From Octopus vulgaris (Eukaryota), in NCBI GenBank assembly GCA_951406725.2, contig OX597838.1, positions 3,534,001-3,598,000 of the forward strand: a stretch of DNA of 64,000 nucleotides, given 5' to 3'. Under the pieces are notes generated by a model. The model saw only the letters and a list, made by a program, of their open reading frames with translations, did not search any database and was not told the origin of the DNA. Positions 57,314 through 64,000 of this stretch are shown here, piece after piece; the first letter of the stretch is position 1, and every line of letters starts with the position of its first letter. The translations under genes were made by a program, and so were the position numbers.

Positions 57314-58070
57314 GGCGTAAGGTTGCGAGCTGGCAGAAACGTTAGCAAGCCGGGCGAAATGCCTAGCGATATTTCGTTTGTCTTTACGTTCTGAGTTCAA
57401 ATTCCGCCGAGGTCGACTATGCCTTTCATCCTTTCGGGGTCGATTAAATAAGTACCAGTTACGCACTGGGGTCGATGTAATCGACTTAATCTCCTTGTCT
57501 GTCCTCTCTGTGTTTAGCCCCTTGTGGGTAGTAAAGAAATAGGTATTTCGTCTGTCTTTATGTTCAAATTCCGCCGAGGTCGACTTTACCTTTCATCCTT
57601 TCGGGGTCGATAAATTAAGTACTGGGTTCGATCTAATCGACTGGCCCCCTGCCCCAAAATTTTGGGCATTGTACCTAGTAGAAAAGAATGTAGTGGAGGC
57701 GCAATGGCCCAGTGGTTAGGGCAGCGGACTTGCGGTCGTAGGATTGCGGTTTCGATTCCCAGTACGGGCGTTGTGAGTGTTTATTGAGCGAAAACACCTA
57801 AAAGCTCCCCGAGGCCCCGGCAGGGGTTGGTGGCGAACCCTGCTGTATTCTTTCACCACAACTTTATCTCACTCTTTCTTCCTGTTGCTGTTCTACCTGT
57901 ATTTCAAAGGGCCGGCCTTGTCACTCTCTGTGTCACGCTGAATATCCCCGTGAATTACGTTAAGGGTGCACGTGTCTGTGGAGTGCTCAGCTCACACGTT
58001 AATTCTACGAGCAGGCTGTTCCGTTGACTGGATCAACTGGAACCCTCGTCGTCGTAACCGACCGAGTGCC
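57314..58070 (+). mobile_element. SINE cluster: family B, headless family B with second tail, then family C (57693-58070)
   Basis: Homology to 2185-2414 and 23170-23557; junction AAAGAAATA|GGTATTTCGTCTG. Confidence 0.88.
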
Positions 58071-58599
58071 ACGATAATATAGAGATAGATAGGCAGATAG
58101 ATAGATACACGATATATATGTATATATACATACATATAAATACACACACGCATGTATATACAAACACGAGGGGTGCTGAAAACTTCCTGGCTTAAAGGGT
58201 ATCGCGAGGCCGACTTTTCCTTTTATCCCTTCGGGTCGATAAAATAATTACCAGTCACATACTGCCATCTATGTAATCGACAACTCCTTGCCCACCTCTT
58301 ATAAAACTTTCTCCCAATTGCAGAATAAAATTTTAAATCGTGCCAGAGAATTCGAACAATTTTCAGCGCTCACCAAAGAGTTCACTGCACCTAATAGCAG
58401 AAACAGCTGTCAGCCAATGCAATCCTTAGAATAAACACTGTTTTTCCTGTGTCCTCTCTTTTTCTTATTACCACTCTTTACTCATCTAGCATTTCGTCCT
58501 GACACATACGTATGTATATTGAGTTCTACATCGGAGTCATTGGTCTCGCAATTCTTAAACGATATATATACATATGCATATATTATATATCTATATCTA

Positions 58600-58672
<73 letters not shown>

Positions 58673-58712
58673 ATGTCTGTCTGTCTGTCTGTCTGTCTGC
58701 CTGCCTGCCTGC

Positions 58713-58803
<91 letters not shown>

Positions 58804-59045
58804 CCCTTCTCTCTCTGTCTCTCTCTATATATATGTGTGTATATATATATATATTGATAAATGCACACACATATAGATATACGTATATATATATATATGT
58901 ATATAAAGATATATATGTATATTTACATACATACATACAGACAGGCATACATGAGTGTGCGTGTTTATATATGTGTGTGTATACGTGTTTTCACACATAC
59001 ATACACAATATACATGCGTGTTTGAGTGTGTATATCAATGTATGC

Positions 59046-59083
<38 letters not shown>

Positions 59084-59251
59084 TATGTCTCGAAGATCGA
59101 GATAGTTCTGATGGGAACACGGCCCGTTGCGGTGAAGTGCAATGAGAATTGGAGCATGGAACAATGGCTGTATGATGGAAGTTTAAGGTTAAACGATGGG
59201 ATTTTGAATATAATTTTGTGAGGTGGACGGTCAACTGGTAGCTTGTGAAGA

Positions 59252-59292
<41 letters not shown>

Positions 59293-59366
59293 GAGGAGGG
59301 AAGAGATAGTTGGGAGACGGGGAAGATGAAGAAAAACGAAAGATAGGTAAGAGGGTAGATAGTTAC

Positions 59367-59416
<50 letters not shown>

Positions 59417-59522
59417 ATTGATAGAAATGGTAAGACAACAAAAGAATGAAAGAGACCTCGATATTATGTAAATAAAGGAATTTATCTGTAAATATAATAT
59501 GTGACAATTATTCGGTAGCCAT

Positions 59523-59583
59523 GATAAAACTCCGAGTTTCGGATGTCGGAGCGGAAAACCACGCCGCTATCTCTTCAGTTATC
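59523..59583 (-). ncRNA. Type I hammerhead ribozyme motif
   Basis: Minus strand: GATAA CTGAAGA GAT-AGCGG...CCGCT..ATC-C GAAAC TC-G-GA GTT TTATC; stem I GATAA/TTATC; near-palindromic stem III. Confidence 0.7.
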
Positions 59584-61566
59584 CAGCCATCGAAAAAAAT
59601 TGTCGGCAGTGAATTGAGGAAGCAACATTATGAAAATATGTCGTTAGGTTCTGAGTTCAAATCCTACCGTTGCTAACTCCACCTTTTGTTTCCCTTGTGG
59701 GTCAATAAAATATGTACCATATTTATAAAATCAAATCACTAGAGTAAATTACTAAGAGATGTCACGGATGGATCAACCGGATTTGTGCTTCGTCTTTTAC
59801 ACTACCGACCACAAACTTTAATCATCCGCAAACGTCTTCGCCGTTTATTGGCCATAAATGTTCTCTCAGATCCTTCTTGTTCGGCTCCTCCTTCAGTTCA
59901 GTAGAGTCACCACTTTTCGGTTCACACGACTTAGAATATATTCCGAGTCAGCTGTTGTAGATGGTTATTAAATACAGGGACGAACAAATCCAGCGTGGAG
60001 AAATATAATTGATGAGGGAAATAAACGGTTTTTTTATTAAGGTTGATAAAAGATTTTCAGCCCTCACCCTCCTCCACACCAAAGGAACAAGCAGAAAAAT
60101 GTAAAGGACATCTGAAAGAAGCAAGAACACTAAGGATGGGAAAAGGAATGTGTGGGAATTTTGAGTGGATAATTATAGAATATGTTAAGCAAGGTTTCTT
60201 GTTTTGTAAATATACCAACGAATTAATCGGTTTCTGTGTGAAATATTTCCTCCCGAAATAAATTACTCACCGTTTGGTTGTTCGTTATAAAATCTGTAAC
60301 AGTTTACATACATACATAAATACATACATACATACATACATACATACATACATACATACATACATACATACATACACGCACGCAGGCGCACACACGCACA
60401 CACACATTGTTTATCCTTGACATACCTCAAAAGCGACCCAACCTCTAATATCCCAGGAGTGTCCGAAACAACGGCTTTGAAAGTTTATTTAAAACAAAAG
60501 GCCACACCATGCATAAATTAAAAAATATTTAACAGGAATATTTAAGGTGTTTTGTTTAAACTTAACCGTTACACTTAAGCTGGTGACGATCAACTTCCTA
60601 GTTATATCACTAGCTTTAAATACAGTCAATAGAATACTCTAATAGAAAGTCAAATGAAAAGACTAAATAAACATACAAAAAATTATAATTAACCCCACCC
60701 CGGCGATATCTATATGCCATGTAATCGCAATTAGTTAAGTCTTCAAGTTATCGTCAGACAGGGACTTAGTCACCGAGTCCTCTTCATTTTGTAGCGATGT
60801 GTTGATTAGAAGTGTTTGCAGTGATATTCATTCAACACCAAAAGTGAAACACGAGGAAAAAGGGATTCTGGTGTCATCTGCCTCATAACTTGGTTATTGG
60901 TACGAACATAGTCGGGAATTTCCCTGAGGCCGATAAGACATTTCCCACCGAAAAATAAATACTGTGAACTTTTCGATATACACAAAGTTAAGGTCAGCTA
61001 TTCTTTCCTAGATTCGTCTCTGCCTAGAATCACATACAGCCACACGGTTTCTACTTCAACAGTCAACTCGTAAATGTAGAAATCCATTTACCTATCTCGT
61101 ATTCACCCATATCTTTCCAGGAGATTACATATCGAATAACCGTAACATCCGTGGACGGCACTTCTTTTCTTTCTTTATCCAACTTTGCATAGACGTACAG
61201 TTTTCTGTGCAGCTCTCTTTTAGTGGAGATAAGTTCTCCTCTCATTAACACGACAGATCCGATTCGAGTTGATGTGTTCCAAATTGTCAAATTTTATAAT
61301 TTTCTTAAATGTATCAATAAATCGATCTGTCTAGATTCCCTGACACCACTCTTCGCCCAGTGTTTTAAATTCTGAAGACACGTGGCATAGTGGTATGGGT
61401 ATTATACTCACCATCACAAGATCTTTGTTTCGATTCCAAGACCAGCCGTGCTTTCTCTTCTTGAGCAAAACATTTCATTTCATATCACTCCAGTCCACTC
61501 GGCTGTAAATAGGCAACACCGTGACAAACAGGCGTCCATGTATGTATGTTTCTGTCTGTCCGTCTG

Positions 61567-61629
<63 letters not shown>

Positions 61630-61817
61630 GCCTGCCTGTCTGTCTGTCTGTCCTTCTATCCGTCTCTCTATCTGTCTGTGTCTGTTTACCTATCCATCTA
61701 GCTATCATTCTATCTAACTATACCTCCATTCATCCATGTACGCGTGTTTGGAGATAGATGTTTAGATGGGTTGAGAGTGAGGGGGAGCGAGCGAGCGAGC
61801 GAGAGAGAGAAAGAGAA

Positions 61818-61868
<51 letters not shown>

Positions 61869-62367
61869 ATTAACAACAACGAATTAATGAAAAATAGAAA
61901 ACAGTCTTTATTTAAAATACAATATTTTGAGAACAGAATGTTAAATTAGTTGAGTTAGAACGAAAACAGCAAAAGGGCAGAGGAGAGACGGGCAACAAAT
62001 AAACAAAAACACTGAATTTTGATGAAACTGGGGAACGTTCTGACCGAAACGTCAGAGAGAACTTACTTAAAGATAGGTTAAACCAACATATACAATCTTG
62101 TGACGCTATCAGTGGTGGTGATGGCGGAGGTAGTGATGGTGTGTCAATGTACGTGTGATATTGTCTAGTACTACGTTGCTCCTGATCCAACAGCACTCTG
62201 GTCATGACCATCCTGTATTATTTTAATCATAGTCTATTTATCACCGACTATTTTATCTAATTTTCTAAATCCATGATTACATCCAACGTGTTCTTTTCTA
62301 AGACTGTAAGCTGTATTTTGAGGGATGTTTGGCTGATATTTCTAGCAGGCCCAGCGACTGCCTAGAG

Positions 62368-62565
62368 CAGTGGTTCTCGACCATTTTAATATCTGGGCCA
62401 GATACAAAACCTGGGCTTTTGTTAGGGGGGCGCACCAGAAAAAAATAAAGGGCGAGTCAGTTCAAGAAAAATTTGTTATATTTATTGAGGGAAGACTGTC
62501 GGGAGCCGCCGGAAGGATGCTTGAGGGCCACATGCGTCCCTTGGAACCGCGGTTGAAAAACGCTG
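62368..62565. mobile_element. hAT (Charlie-like) MITE
   Basis: Ends CAGTGGTTCTCGACC / GGTTGAAAAACGCTG; degenerate 8-bp TSD GCCTAGAG / ACCGAGAG. Confidence 0.75.
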
Positions 62566-63367
62566 ACCGAGAGGTTTCCTGTTGCCCTAGTGGTGTTAGC
62601 AGTGGTAATCGTGGTGTTCTTGCTTTATGTAACCCCAGTCCAGTCCTGTGATCAGATCAAAGACGTTCCAGCCGAGCCATTTATTCAGACCTTACTGGAT
62701 GTATGACCGCATTAGTGAATGTGGCCTTCTATTTTGTAAGACAAGGAGCTGTAGTTTTAAGAGAGATTTGGCTGCTATATCAAACTGGGACAAGAAGGGC
62801 GGGGAGTTGGTCCTGTTTGCATTGAGCAGACGTATGATCAAAGGGCTACTCAAGCACTGTTGACCATGGGTTAAATAACAACAGCAACAATAACATCACA
62901 AAACATTATCACACATTAACCAAATGGTTAAATACAATCACAGCTCTTATTCTCTTCGTTATATACAAAACTATTCTATCATATAGTCACGTGTCACCAC
63001 AACTGCTATCACATGACCACACACGCACACACACATTCACGCAAACATACACATACACACACATCGTAGGTTCTTATTACTGACGCAGGCTTCATAATTC
63101 CATTTTAGTTTCTCTTCTTCAATTGAGCTCACCATTTCCGAAGACAGCCAGGTGATTATCTCCCTTTCTTCTCTCCTTTTTTTTTTTCGGTGGCTCTTTT
63201 TCTTCTTTGTCCTTTTTCTGTTTGTGTCTTCCGGCTACCAAATAAAAAGTAATAACAATAAACAGTGACAATAAAAAAAATGTAGAAAATATTATTTTAG
63301 GGCAGATTTTCCCTAAAAATATTGGCATCGTGCCAAAATTAGAAAAAATTATTATTATTATTATTAT

Positions 63368-63871
63368 TGAGTGAGAGAGCAGTTCATGTCATCAAAGTGA
63401 CACTGGGGTAAAATATACGAAGCCCAGTATACCCATCATGACTACCCGTCATGTGCGCGACATGATGATCTCATCAAGATAAACAGTGCATGACCTTGCA
63501 GGTGGGGCCCAGTTAGAATTTTCTTCTGGTCGAGTAGCCCATCCCGCTCAAAAGGTCCCTGAATAAGGGTTGTTTAAGGATGTTGAACGAAACACCCATG
63601 TTTCCAAAGGTGAATTATTCAAGCCCCAAAGAATCCCACACGGCTATGATGCCCCCCCACCACTGTTTCTGCTCGTGATCAGAGATGCACATATCGTCAG
63701 CCACTAAGGGACATGCTCAACTGGTTATGGTCAAACAACTGACAAGCAAATCTGTGGTATTGAGCAGAATATTTGCTGTAGCCCATCTTTTATACCAAGA
63801 CAAAACAATGTACACGATAACACTTTCAATCAGTTAAGATCAGAAGCCACGAGAGCCACTGCCTGGTACTG
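63368..63871 (-). mobile_element. ~500-bp (AAT)n-associated repeat, copy 3
   Basis: Matches the other two copies; (TTA)n on the left and (AAT)n on the right. Confidence 0.88.
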
Positions 63872-63878
63872 TTGTTGT

Positions 63879-63935
<57 letters not shown>

Positions 63936-64000
63936 CTGAACCTGGAACCATGTGGTTGGTAAGCTAGCTACTTACCACACAGCCACTCCTGTTGACTTTT

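Noticed and set aside
57693-57770. tRNA gene candidates (A/B boxes) here and at 23480-23557, 48938-49010, 52375-52452
   Set aside because: They are heads of multicopy SINEs continuing into SINE bodies, with no convincing cloverleaf

Overview
Eukaryotic, AT-rich DNA saturated with microsatellites and SINEs. The repeat landscape suggests an octopus-like cephalopod (inference). Almost all ORF-track entries are translated simple repeats. By hand-splicing I recover two complete multi-exon genes arranged tail to tail. The first is a 6-exon secreted S1 (trypsin-fold) serine protease on the + strand (3753-17977, 255 aa) with an intact His/Asp/Ser triad but several non-canonical motifs. The second is an orphan class C GPCR on the - strand with 5 coding exons (33908-22025, 942 aa), a divergent Venus-flytrap domain and a reduced Cys-rich domain. 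The non-coding space holds several tRNA-headed SINE families, CR1-like, Tx1-like and HERO-like LINE remnants, and mariner/Tc1/hAT remnants and MITEs. The most unexpected signal is at least seven well-formed type I hammerhead ribozyme motifs plus several degenerate ones. One lies in a 359-bp unit with a 64-bp terminal redundancy (retrozyme-like), and two lie in a 485-bp near-perfect palindrome. Two SINE/LINE partner pairs can be read directly from shared 3' tails. All calls come from reading the sequence by eye; no searches were run.
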